From: Mobula hypostoma
Taxonomy: Eukaryota
Assembly (NCBI RefSeq): GCF_963921235.1
Contig: NC_086107.1
Span: 111,168,001 to 111,232,000 of the forward strand
Reading direction: 5' to 3'
Length of the DNA: 64,000 bases
A program made the translations under genes and the position numbers. Shown here in pieces: positions 22,967 to 33,398 of the stretch (the stretch's first letter is position 1; each line of letters starts with the position of its first letter). Under the pieces are notes generated by a model, which did not search any database, was not told the origin of the DNA, and saw only the letters and a list, made by a program, of their open reading frames with translations.

Positions 22967-24165
22967 CTAGAGGTACAAGTTGAAAGGTCACCAGGTGAAG
23001 AGAGAAACCAAGACTACCTAGTTAGGGGATGTTTTCCATTTCTTCCTCTTTTCTACAAACTTCAATACATTAATTCATTAGATTCTGATACATTTGTAAT
23101 CGAAAGGTTCTTCGAAAGTCAACAATGAGACATAATTTATTGCTAACGATTAAGTAATCGGGTTTAAGATGGCACTGGTGAATCTCAGCAACTTCTGGCT
23201 GGTGGCTAACGAGAGGGGGAAAAACAGGTGAATACTTTGTTAGTCACTCCTTTTCTGGCAAATGACCATTGTAGACAGTAGGCTGTGACTTCCCTCTGGA
23301 CTTGGAGGCAATTCGATGTGACAGAACAGAGGAAAGGCGAGAGTGAGGAAGAACCAGGGTTTGATCAGCTTAAGTGCCTTGCTGAATCAGAAAGAACAGG
23401 TACGGGCCAAATCCTGGTGGCAGTGTCCAGGCACCAGAGGATACTCAGGTGACTGAACGACGATTTAAGCGCTGGGCCAGATTGAAAAGGTCAGGGTGTC
23501 AGGGCCCAAGGTGATGGGTGGGCTGATTCAGCTCAATGCTCTGCGACATTTGCTCTGGCTCTGCACTAAACTATGTGTCTTGGACTCTCTTTGAGGACTG
23601 CAGTTCAGAAGGCTATTTGCCTGCAGTTACTGTTTGCATGATTTGTTTTTTTTTTCCTCCTCCCTACACATTGGGCGTTTGACCGTCTTTTATAAAATGG
23701 GATCTAGTGAGTTTCACGGCTGCCTGTAAGGAGATGAATCTCAAAGTTGTATATATATACTTTGATCGTAAGTGTACTTTGAAGTGTTACAAGAGCAGAA
23801 AATGATCAAAAAAAGAGCAGAGAGGTTAAAGCAAAAGCAGTCATTATCTCAGACGAGAGATATGAAATTCCAGTGATAACAATTAACCGAGAAACTTCCC
23901 AGATTCAAGTGGCTTGATACCTGCTACTGAAAACCAAGAGGTTTCTAGAAAAATTCAGAAGCATCTGTACTGATATTTCTAGAAAATATTCACTGAACAT
24001 GTTTATAGAAACACAAGCATAATAAGTTAAACTATAAGAAAAACAGAAAGAAATTAACAATTTGACACCACAATCCAACAAACAGTAGAAAAAAAACACA
24101 GAAAACTGATACAAACTTTTATTTTCATTCCCTCCATTTTTCCCAGCGTTTTCCATTCTCTAAAC

Positions 24166-24245
24166 CAGAGTTCCCAAACTAGCGTGCAAGGACCCCTTGC
24201 TTAATGGTATTGGTTCACGGCAACTAAAAAGGTTGGGAACCCCTG
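24166..24245. mobile_element. 80-bp hAT-type MITE
   Basis: TIRs as at 21698 and an exact 8-bp TSD CTCTAAAC (24158-24165, 24246-24253). Confidence 0.88.
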
Positions 24246-24777
24246 CTCTAAACAATCTTTTCCTAGAATGTGGAACAGTACTGTGCAATATAGACCCTTA
24301 GCCCATGATGTTGCTTTGAACGTTTAACCTACTCCAAGATTAATCTAACCCTTCCTTCCCTCAGACACATGGATGAAAGCTAAAATGGTTACCTCAGAGT
24401 CCTGTAGATGTCCCTAATGTACCTGCCTCTACCACCACCCCTGGCAGCACATTCCACGTACCCCCACCCCCCTCGTACTTTCCTCCAAATACCCTAAAGT
24501 TGTGCCCCCTTGTATTAGTCATTTCCACCCTGGGAAAAGTCTTTGGCAGTCCACTCTAAGCCACGTATCACCTCGTACACGTCTGTCAAGTCACCTCTCA
24601 TCCTCCTCCTCTCCAAAGAGAAAAGCTCTAGCTCCCACAACTACCCTCATAAGCCATTTTCTCCAATCCAGGCAGCGTCCTGGTAAATCTCCTCTGCACC
24701 CTCCCTAAAGCTTCCCATCCTTCCCTTAATGAGACGACTAGAACTAAACACCACACTCCAAGTGTGGTAAACCAATC

Positions 24778-26400
24778 ACAAACAAGAGAAGATCTGCAGA
24801 TGCTGGAAATCTGAGCAACACACACACACACAATGCTGGAGGAACTCAGCAGGACAGGCAGCATCTAGGAGAAGAGTACAGTTAGCATTTCAGGCCAAAT
24901 CCCTTCGGCAGGACTGGAGAAAGAAAGCTGGGGGGACGGGAGAGAGAAACACAAGGTGACAGGTGAAACCCGAAGGGAAAAGAGATGAAGTGAAGGGAAG
25001 TAAATTGTTGAAAGAAACAGAAGGCAATGGAAGAAAGAAAAGGGGGGAGGAGCACCAGGAGGAATGGGCTGGCAAGGAGATAAAGTGAGAGCGGGAAAAG
25101 AGGATGGGAAATGGTGAAGGAAAGGGGCTGGTGGTAGACCTGAGGAGAGCTAAGGTACCGGTGACCCCTGTTTCAATCCAGGGGGTCAGTGTGGACATGG
25201 TGGAGGATTACAAATACCTGGGGATATGAATTGACAATAAACTGGACTGATCAAAGAACACTGAGACTGTCTACAAGAAGGGTCAGAGCCGTCTCTATTT
25301 CCTGAGGAGACTGAGGTCCTTTAACATCTGCTGGACGATGCCGAGGATGTTCTACGAGTCTGTGGTGGCCAGTGCTATCATGTTTGCTGATGTGTGCTGG
25401 GGCAGCAGGCTGAGGGTAGCAGACACCAACAGAATCAACAAACTCATTCGTAAGGCCAGTGATGTTGTGGGGATGGAACTGGACTCTCTCATGGTGGTGT
25501 CTGAAAAGAGGATGCTGTCTAAGTTGCATGCCATCTTGGTCAATGTCTCCCATCCACTACATAATGTACTGGGTGGGCACAGGAGTACATTCAGCCAGAG
25601 ACTCATTCCACTGAGATGCAGCACGGAGCGTCATAGGAAGTCATTCCTGCCTGTGGCCATCAAACTTTACAACTCCTCCCTTGGAGGGTCAGACACCCTG
25701 AGCCAATAGGCTGGTCCTGGACTTATTTCATAATTTCCTGGCATAATTTACATATTATTATTTAACTATTTATGGTTCTATTACTATTTATTATTTATGG
25801 AGCAACTGTAACAAAAACCAATTTTCCCGGGATTAATAAAGTATGACTATGACTATTACCAGAAGTTCAAAAAAAATCAGTGTTCATAACATCAGGTTGG
25901 AGGTTACTGAAATGGAATATACGGTGTTGTTCCTGCAAACCAAGTGTGGCCTCATCACAACAGTGGAGGCGGCCATGGATCGCCATACGGGAATGGGAAG
26001 TGGAATTAAAATGGGTGGCCACTGGGAGATCCTGCTTTCTCGGGCAGACGGAGTGCAGGTGCTCAGTGAAGTGGTCTCCCAATCTACGTCGGGTCTCGCC
26101 AATACACAAGAGGCCACACTGGGAGCACCAGGCACAGGACATGACCCCAACAGCCTCACAGGTGAAGCCTCGCCTCACCTGGAAGAACTGCTTGGGGCCC
26201 TGGATGGTGGTGAGGGAGGTGGTGTAGGGGCAGGTGTAGCACATACTCTGCTTGCAAGGATAAGTACCAGGAGGGAGATCATTGGGGAGGGATGAATGGA
26301 CAAGGGAGTTGCGAAGGGAGCGATCCTTGCAGAGAGCAGGAAGTTTGGGGGGGGGGGGAGAAAGGGAAGGAAAGATGTTTTTGGTGGTGCAATTCCAAGT
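24778..26400 (-). mobile_element. Penelope-like GIY-YIG fragment interrupted by Rex copy B
   Basis: FTCEAVGVMSCAWCSQCGLLCIGETRRRLGDHFTEHL...VATHFNS. The 3' part at 24778-25120 matches the 1868-2190 family. Confidence 0.82.
25122..25856 (+). mobile_element. Rex1/Babar-type LINE 3' fragment, copy B
   Basis: LVVDLRRAKVPVTPVSIQG...; intact tail AATAAAGT(ATGACT)2. Colinear with copy A at a constant 19070-bp offset. Confidence 0.88.
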
Positions 26401-27067
26401 GTGGTCTAACCAGGGTTTATGGAGCTGCAGTAGACTGAGAGGTCAGAAGTCCATCTTCTGACATAGGTTCCTTTTCTCTTCCAGCGTGGCACGGCAACGT
26501 AGAGGTTCGCGTAACACTTCACAGTGCCCGCTGTAAGACTGGGGTTCAATCCCCACCGCTGCCTGTAAGAAACTTGTACGTCTCCCCGTGACCGCGTACG
26601 TTTCCTCCATGTCCTCCCACATTGCAAAGATGTATGAGCTAGGGTCAGTAAGCTGTGGGAATGCTACGTTAGGGTTGGAAGTGTGCTGACACTCGCTGGC
26701 TGCCCCCAGCACATCCTCAACACAGGCAACACATTTCTCTGTATGTTTCAACGCACAGGTGACGAATTAAACTCACCTTTAAGTCCTTTTATATTTAAAA
26801 AAAAGACTGATAAACGGCCAAAAGATGACAAATTAGGTACATGGATAGTGGAAATATGAAGGGCTAAGATCCCACTGCAGGCAGTTTAAATGGTTTCGGC
26901 ATGGACTAGATGGGCCAAAGGGCCTGTTTCTGTGCTTTACTTCTCTATGACTCTCAGGTTGTATCTGAGAGACTGCCTCATTGAATAAACCCGATTAAAG
27001 CCGAGACAGGGTATCCAGGGAGCAATAGACAACACAGAATTTGGATGCCAGTGGCAGGTAGTCTTAC

Positions 27068-27164
27068 CATCCAAACCTTTATAGTCTATAACAAAACAGG
27101 TGCCGTTGCTGTAGAAACATCCCTTCCAAATGTCCGTGCCATGATCATCTGTGGTCCACCAAAC
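27068..27164 (-). CDS. emp1: PMP22/EMP-family gene, coding exon 2 (VWWTTDDHGTDIWKGCFYSNGTCFVIDYKGLD; extracellular loop 1)
   Basis: Acceptor ttcttctgctcacAG|G and donor G|GTAAGA; 97 nt, phase 0 to 1. Carries the W...DIW..C...C PMP22/claudin-superfamily loop motif and an NGT sequon. Confidence 0.93.
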
Positions 27165-27371
27165 CTGTGAGCAGAAGAAACAGTCACCATACAGGATGGA
27201 AAAGAATTGGGGTGGGGGTGAGAAATACAGGCCAATGAACAAATTGCTAACCAGGATGCGAATAGACGCAATTTTAATCAGATCCCGAGCTGAGACACAA
27301 TCGCTGGCCCGGATGGCCGTTGTTTATCAATGTATCCTGTTGATATCCTGGTACTTCCTTAAGCGTTCGAG

Positions 27372-27885
27372 GATTGCTGTCACCAAAGACACTCACAATG
27401 TACCGTGGAGAGCATTCTAACTGGCTGCATCACCTTCTGGGATGGAGGGGCCACTGCACAGGGTCAGAAAAGGCTGCACAGAAAGTTGTAAGCTCGGCCA
27501 GCTCCACCATGGACACTGGCCTCCCCAGCATGCAGGGCATCTTTAAAAGGAGATGCGTCAAAAGGTGGCGTCCATCGTTAAGGAACCCCCATCAGCCAGG
27601 ACGTGCCCTCTTCTCATTGCTACCATCAGGGAGGAGGTACAGGAGCCTGAAGGCACACACTCAGCAATTCAAGAACAACTTCTTCCCCTCTGCCATCTGA
27701 TTTCTGAATGCACAATGAACCCGTGAATACAACCTCAGTATTTTTTCTCTCTTTTTGCACTTTTTTAAAAATATACACTTATTGTAATTTATAGTGTAAT
27801 TTACAGATTTATTATAATGTACTGCTGCCACGAAACAAGTTTCAAGACATACTGTATGCCAGCGATACTAACCCTGACAATTCTG
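27372..27885 (+). mobile_element. Rex-type LINE 3' fragment
   Basis: HQPGRALFSLLPSGRRYRSLKAHTQQFKNNFFPSAI. Related fragments at ~29160-29640, 46700-47320, 47875-48400, 48560-49180, 52075-52250, 57248-57710, 57970-58500, 58855-59552 and 63462-63700. Confidence 0.8.
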
Positions 27886-28257
27886 ATCTGGTGTTTGTCC
27901 TTCTCCCCAACACAATTCTGCTCACCACCTCACCCCAGAGACATTTCTCCCAGTTATATCCCAGCTGGATTAGACTGCCTCCTGTCTGATCAATTCAGTC
28001 AAGCCAAGATCAGTTCCCTTCTCAGCCCCAGAAACCCATTCCATCCATCAATCTTTTCTTCCCCAAAATCACTGGATAACTTAGCCTTGCGAACCCTCTG
28101 AAAAATACCGCAGATGCCGGAAATTTGTGCAAAAGCAGAAAGTGCAAGGAATACTCAGGAAACTGGGCAGCAACTGTGGAGAGTGGTGCAGGGTCAATGC
28201 TTTGAGTCAGCAATCTTTCTTCAGAACTGGGAAAGTTAAAAACTAAGTTAGGTCTAA

Positions 28258-29900
28258 GTTCCTTCAGGTTGTTATAGCCAGGGATGGTAATGGGGACAAG
28301 CTCCCACTACCTATTAAACGCTCCCAATGGTGTTTGCCTCCAACTGTGTCTGACAACAAGTCCAGCTCCTGGCCTTCACGTGTGGCTTAGCTACTAAGTC
28401 TGGTGGAACCCAGACATCCCACCTCTCCCGGAAATTCCGGGAGTCTCCCGCATATTAATAGTGGCTCCCTGATGCCCGCAAATTATATACAATATCACGG
28501 AAATCAATTTTTTTGAGAGCGAGCGAGAGAAAAGCAAGAGAGAGAGAGCGAGAGCGACCACGAGAGAGAGCGTGCAAGCGAAAGAGCGAGAAAGCAAAAG
28601 AGATAGCGCAAGAGCGACCATGAGAGCGAGAGCAAGCGAGAGCGACCACGAGAGAGAGAGCGCGCGAGAGCGCGCCATGGCAGAGTGTTCCAAAAAAAGA
28701 AAATATAAAACGTGCGTCACCCCAGACTACACTAAAGTGTACCCCTGCCTAATAGGGGTCAAAATAATGACAGTGTTGCTCGCTGCACTGTTTGCAACAG
28801 TGACTTTTCTATTGCCCATGGTGGGTTAAGACTGTAAAAGACATGTTGAGGTGAGTTTAACAGGTGTCATTCATTCATTAGCATAGCTAACGTTATTTAA
28901 ACTAGCTGGTCAGGAACTACTCTATTGCAGACATCCCACCCCTCCCAGAAATTGATGGTGCTACCTCCCTGAAATGAATTTTTGCAGGGTGGGATGTCTG
29001 AGAACCATTTCTACTGACAGGAGTAGGGGGAAAAGGCGGGTTACTCGTGCCTTGAAACTAGTCGCTTCAGGCAGATGGGGCTTGTCTGCTGTGGCTGGCA
29101 GCTCATCTAGGAGAAGAAAAACTCTTATCTCAAACTTCTGCTGCCTTGTCACTTTTTATTGTCATTTCAACCATTACTGCTGGTACAGAAAATGAGACAA
29201 CATTTTCCAGGACCATGGTGATACATGAAACAATACAAAAACTACACTGAACTACGTAAGAAAAAAAAACACAAAAACTACACTGGACTACAGACCTACC
29301 CAGGACTGCATAAAGTGCACAAAACAGTGCAGGCATTACAATAAATAATAAACAAGACAATAGGCACAGTAGAGGGCAGTAGGTTGGTGTCAAGCCAGGC
29401 TCTGGGTATTGAGGAGTCTGATGGCTTGGGGGAAGAAACTGTTACATAGTCTGGTCGTGAGAGCCCGAATGCTTCGGTGCCTTTTGCCAGATGGCAGGAG
29501 GATGGAGAGTTTATAGGAGGGGTGCGTGGGGTCCTTCATAATGCTGTTTGCTTTACGGATGCAGCGTGTGGTGTAGGTGTCTGTGATGGCGGGAAGAGGG
29601 CCCCGATGATCTTCTCAGCTGACCTCACTATCCGCTGCTATGCCTGCTCACAGGGAGTAAACTCTGAGGGGAAATTCCAGAGCTGGAGCCCCCAAGGCAG
29701 TCCTACATTGAGTTCAGCGCTGACTGGCAACTCCTGCAATGCTGCTGGTGGCAAATTGCATCTGCCTCTGCCCTTCCTTTGGGTTTATCAGCTGCGTGGA
29801 GAGGGGGAGCCTGCTGTATGGGCAACAGCTCACACTCCGTATCATACTGGCCTGGCTTGTGAATCATGTGGACAGCTAAGACGCAGCATCCATGGTCAAC
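28258..29900 (+). mobile_element. Non-coding interspersed repeat (RTE-5'UTR-like), carrying nested insertions
   Basis: Homologous to 54456-55510 (+) and 44985-46378 (-). The ctaggagaag.aaaactct.atctcaaac motif resembles RTE 5' ends; the family assignment is from memory. Confidence 0.55.
28411..29000. mobile_element. Non-autonomous DNA transposon (hAT-like), copy 1
   Basis: TIR CAGACATCCCACC / GGTGGGATGTCTG, flanks GGAACC / AGAACC, internal GA-rich minisatellite. Confidence 0.85.
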
Positions 29901-30057
29901 TCTGATCAACGGAGGCCTCAAAAGGTCTAAACTGCAGAGAGGGATTAATAGGACAAAGGGAATATCAGTGAAAGGGCAAGACAATGGTTGCCATGGAGAT
30001 AATCTGCAGAGGCTCTCTGGTCATAATGGGTTAATAGGGACAGTTAGAAGGTACAGT

Positions 30058-30780
30058 CCCATATGCCTAAGGATAAGCTGTTTCATTTTTATTCGGATAT
30101 ATCTCCCTTTTGTGATAGATGTAATAATGGAGAAGGTTCATTGATCCATATGTTTTGGACTTGTCCGAGTCTTGAAAGATCTTGGAAGGAAGTATTTCAA
30201 ACTTTTTCGGAGCTTTTTAAAGTAAATTTTAACCCTAATCCTTTGACTGTCTTATTTGGTATTGTTGGAGGAAATGGTATTATTTTGGAGACACATAATC
30301 TGCATATTTTGGCCTTTATTTCCCTTATAGCCGGGAGGGCATTGTTATTTAAGTGGAAGGATGCCACTCCGCCGACTCATAATCATTGGTTACATGATGT
30401 TATGTCTTGCTTAAATTTACAGACGATTCGCTGTTCAAATTCTGAACCTTTTAACATTGTGGGGACCTTTTTGGAATTATTTTCAAAATCTTTGATTTGC
30501 TATTAAGCACAGATGTTGGCTAATAATATGTTTTACTACATGTTAAGGATTTCTTCCTTTTTTTTAAACCTAACAGCTGTTTTTTTTCTGGTAGTAGGTT
30601 TAGATTTTTTGTATCATAAAATTATCTCTTTTCAATATTATGTTTAGATTTAATTTTATATGGATATGGAGTAATTACACTTTATCTGTGATTTCAATAT
30701 ATTGTAATCGATACATATTATATATTGTACTGTACTCTATTTTATGTAAGAAATTAATAAAAATATGGAAAAAGAAAGAA
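30058..30780 (+). mobile_element. L1 3' fragment
   Basis: CDRC...LIHMFWTCP zinc knuckle, AATAAA, (AAAG)n tail. Degenerate TSD AGAAGGTACAGT / AGAAGGTGCTGT. Confidence 0.88.
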
Positions 30781-30892
30781 AGAAGGTGCTGTGTTACTAA
30801 CAGCAGGAAGGTGAGACTGGCTCTGCAGGGCAGACTGTGTTAATGGGAGAAGAATCCCAAGCCAAAGATCACTAGAAGACAGGCAGAAATGT

Positions 30893-31525
30893 TTGGGTTG
30901 AGTTGTTCTCCGATCTTGGCAATTTACTCGCAGTTTCATCACCATGTGAGAAAACGTCATCAGTATGCTGTTGATTGCAGTGTTTCCTCTGAATACTTGG
31001 CCCTTATATACTTTTCAATCAGCAGATGGACATAATTTCAGAAACCCAGCTGTGGTGGGGTCAGGAAATCTCGTTACTGATTGCTGTGTGGCGAACTTTG
31101 TGCACTGTGGTTTGGAATTTTGTTGGCATCGGCTCATGAATAGGATCAAGGTCAATTTGCTGGTTTACAGAATTGTTTGTGGAAAACCATGCTTCTAGAA
31201 ATTCTCTTGCGTGCCGTATGTTAGCTTGCGCCGTGACCCTGTTTATGAGCCAATGCAGGTAAAATTCCAGATCATAACACACAAAATTCACCATCAGTGA
31301 TGAGATTTCCTCTCCACATCACAATTGAGTTTCCAAAATGATGTCTAATCAGCTGATTGAAAAGTGTATAAAGGCCACGCAGTCAGAGGACTGGCCACAA
31401 TTAACAGCGCATTGACGATGTCTCCTCGTATGGTGACGAAACGTTTGAGTAAATTGCCAAGATCGGAGAACAACTCAACCCGACCATCAGCCACCCAAGC
31501 TACGCACTTTCAGAATTATTCCCAA
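30893..31525. mobile_element. Penelope-like inverted pair, same family as 22025-22780
   Basis: REFLEAWFSTNNSVNQQIDLDPIHE on the minus strand; 30895-30990 is the reverse complement of 31395-31482. Confidence 0.82.
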
Positions 31526-31919
31526 GAGGCAGAAACGCTCAGTTGTGAAACAAGGCAAGTTACCTGAAGTCTGGAAAGCTGCAATATGCTTAGAATTAAA
31601 AAGGGTGTCGTTCCTCACTGCAGGAGGTCACTTACAAATGGGTCAGAATGGCAGCAGGGTGGAGAATTGGGAAGCTCTTCCTCACTCATCTGGACTCTCT
31701 ACAGCTGTGGGGATTCTAGCAAATTCTCTACATTTTGTCTCCGAACTGGCCTCTCCTACTGCAAGTTCTGTGAATTTAGATCATTTACTGTTTCTCCATT
31801 ACCACAGGCTGATACGTCCCAACAAGACATTATCACTCTCCTTGGGATCAGTGCATCCTCCGCCAATTAACCACATTAGCTCATATGTCCAGAAGACAAA
31901 CCCTACAACATACTCTGAC

Positions 31920-32654
31920 TCAACCTCTGTTAGGGAGATGATTCGCACGGAAATTGCAGGCTCTGTTAAAGACCTGATTCATACGGAAATCTCAACTAAT
32001 CTCCAGAAAATTGCCGATTCAATGGATAAGATGCAAACATTTATTGCGGAACATCAGTCGGCTATATCTGATCTTCAAAAATTCGCGCAACAAAGTGAGC
32101 TTAAGATGGGGAAAATCGAAGAAACAATTAATGTAATGAAGAAGAAACTTGACTTTTTGACATTTAAAAAATCTGACTTGGAATCTAGAATGCGACGGCA
32201 GAATTTACGAATGATCGGGGTGAGGGAAGCTGTTGAAGCTAACAACCCCATGAAATATTTCTCTCAACTTTTAAAAGATGCATTCCCTACTGTATTTCCT
32301 GACCAACCACCGCTACTGGATCGTGTTCACAGAATCCCATCATACTCGTCTAGGTCAGATAGACCTAGGCATGTTATTTTACGTTTTCATTATTTTCAAG
32401 ACAAGGAGAGACTGTTTCGATTCGCTCGATCTAAAGGTTTCATTGATTTTTCGGATCTTAAGTTCCGATTCGTGGAAGATTTCAGTAAACCAATCTGGGA
32501 CCAACGGGTTCGTTACAGATCCGTGATGTCGGAATTCTATAAGATGGATTTAAGACCAGCGCTGCTGTACCCTGCACGTCTAAGGATTCGTATGTTAGAT
32601 GGAGCCCTTCGTTTTTTTGATTCTCCATCGGATGCCCAGAGTTATCTGGATTAA
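31920..32654 (+). pseudogene. L1 ORF1p (coiled coil, RRM, CTD), N-terminally truncated
   Basis: DLESRMRRQNLRMIGVRE, DRVHR, PRHVILRF, EDFS, LLYPARLRI. Confidence 0.9.
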
Positions 32655-33398
32655 CTTTCATCTTCAACATCTTAATTGCCTTTTTTTAATTATCTCCGTT
32701 GATCGGAGGCTGTGAATTGGTTGGTTTTAACTTTTTCGTGCCCTATCTGGGCAGAAAAGTTTATTTTTGATTTCTTAATATGGCTGCTAAACTTTCTTTT
32801 TAACTGCGTCATTTCTTTCTTTTCCCAGGGGATTCTGGGTGGTTACTTCCCTTTTGTCATCTTACGTATTTCCTGTGTGGCCTTAAATTTTGTAGTTTTT
32901 TTTAAATTTTATTCTGTTTTGCTTTTTATAACCACTTTATGTTAATAATCCTATTTTTTCTTGTTGCTGTGTCTATTCATGGGTTTGAGGTTTATTGTGG
33001 TTTTTTTTTAATATATATTTTCCGGCTTTTGTTCTGTTCTGTGTGTATTTTAATTGAGCTAACTTTTTTTTTTACTTACTTTTTTACTGTTTTACAACTA
33101 GCTGATCCTTTTCATATTTATACCTTTTTTTTAGGGAGCGTATACCGGAAGTCATGGGGGTAGTTTTAGCGCTTGCTTCTTTCTGGCGGGTCTGCTTTAG
33201 ATTTTGCCTTGGGGTCTTGGGGCGGTGGGTGGTGGGAGGGGCTTCACGTTTTAGTTTGTTTCTCTTTGGGCTATATACATTATTGAAGTACTGGTTGCGT
33301 CCTTTTCCCCGGTATCTTTTGTATGTTCTGTTTCCTCTCCGGGTTTGTGGGTCGCGCCTATCGTCAATCCTCCTTGTTGTGGGTTGACTTTAGGATTT

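Noticed and set aside
28394..28829. Hydrophobic 'membrane-like' Leu/Ser/Ala ORFs (also 44955-45396)
   Set aside because: Translations of the GA-rich minisatellite inside the MITE.
32712..33387. Phe/Leu-rich short ORFs between L1 ORF1 and ORF2
   Set aside because: A consequence of T-richness, with mostly non-ATG starts and no recognisable domain.
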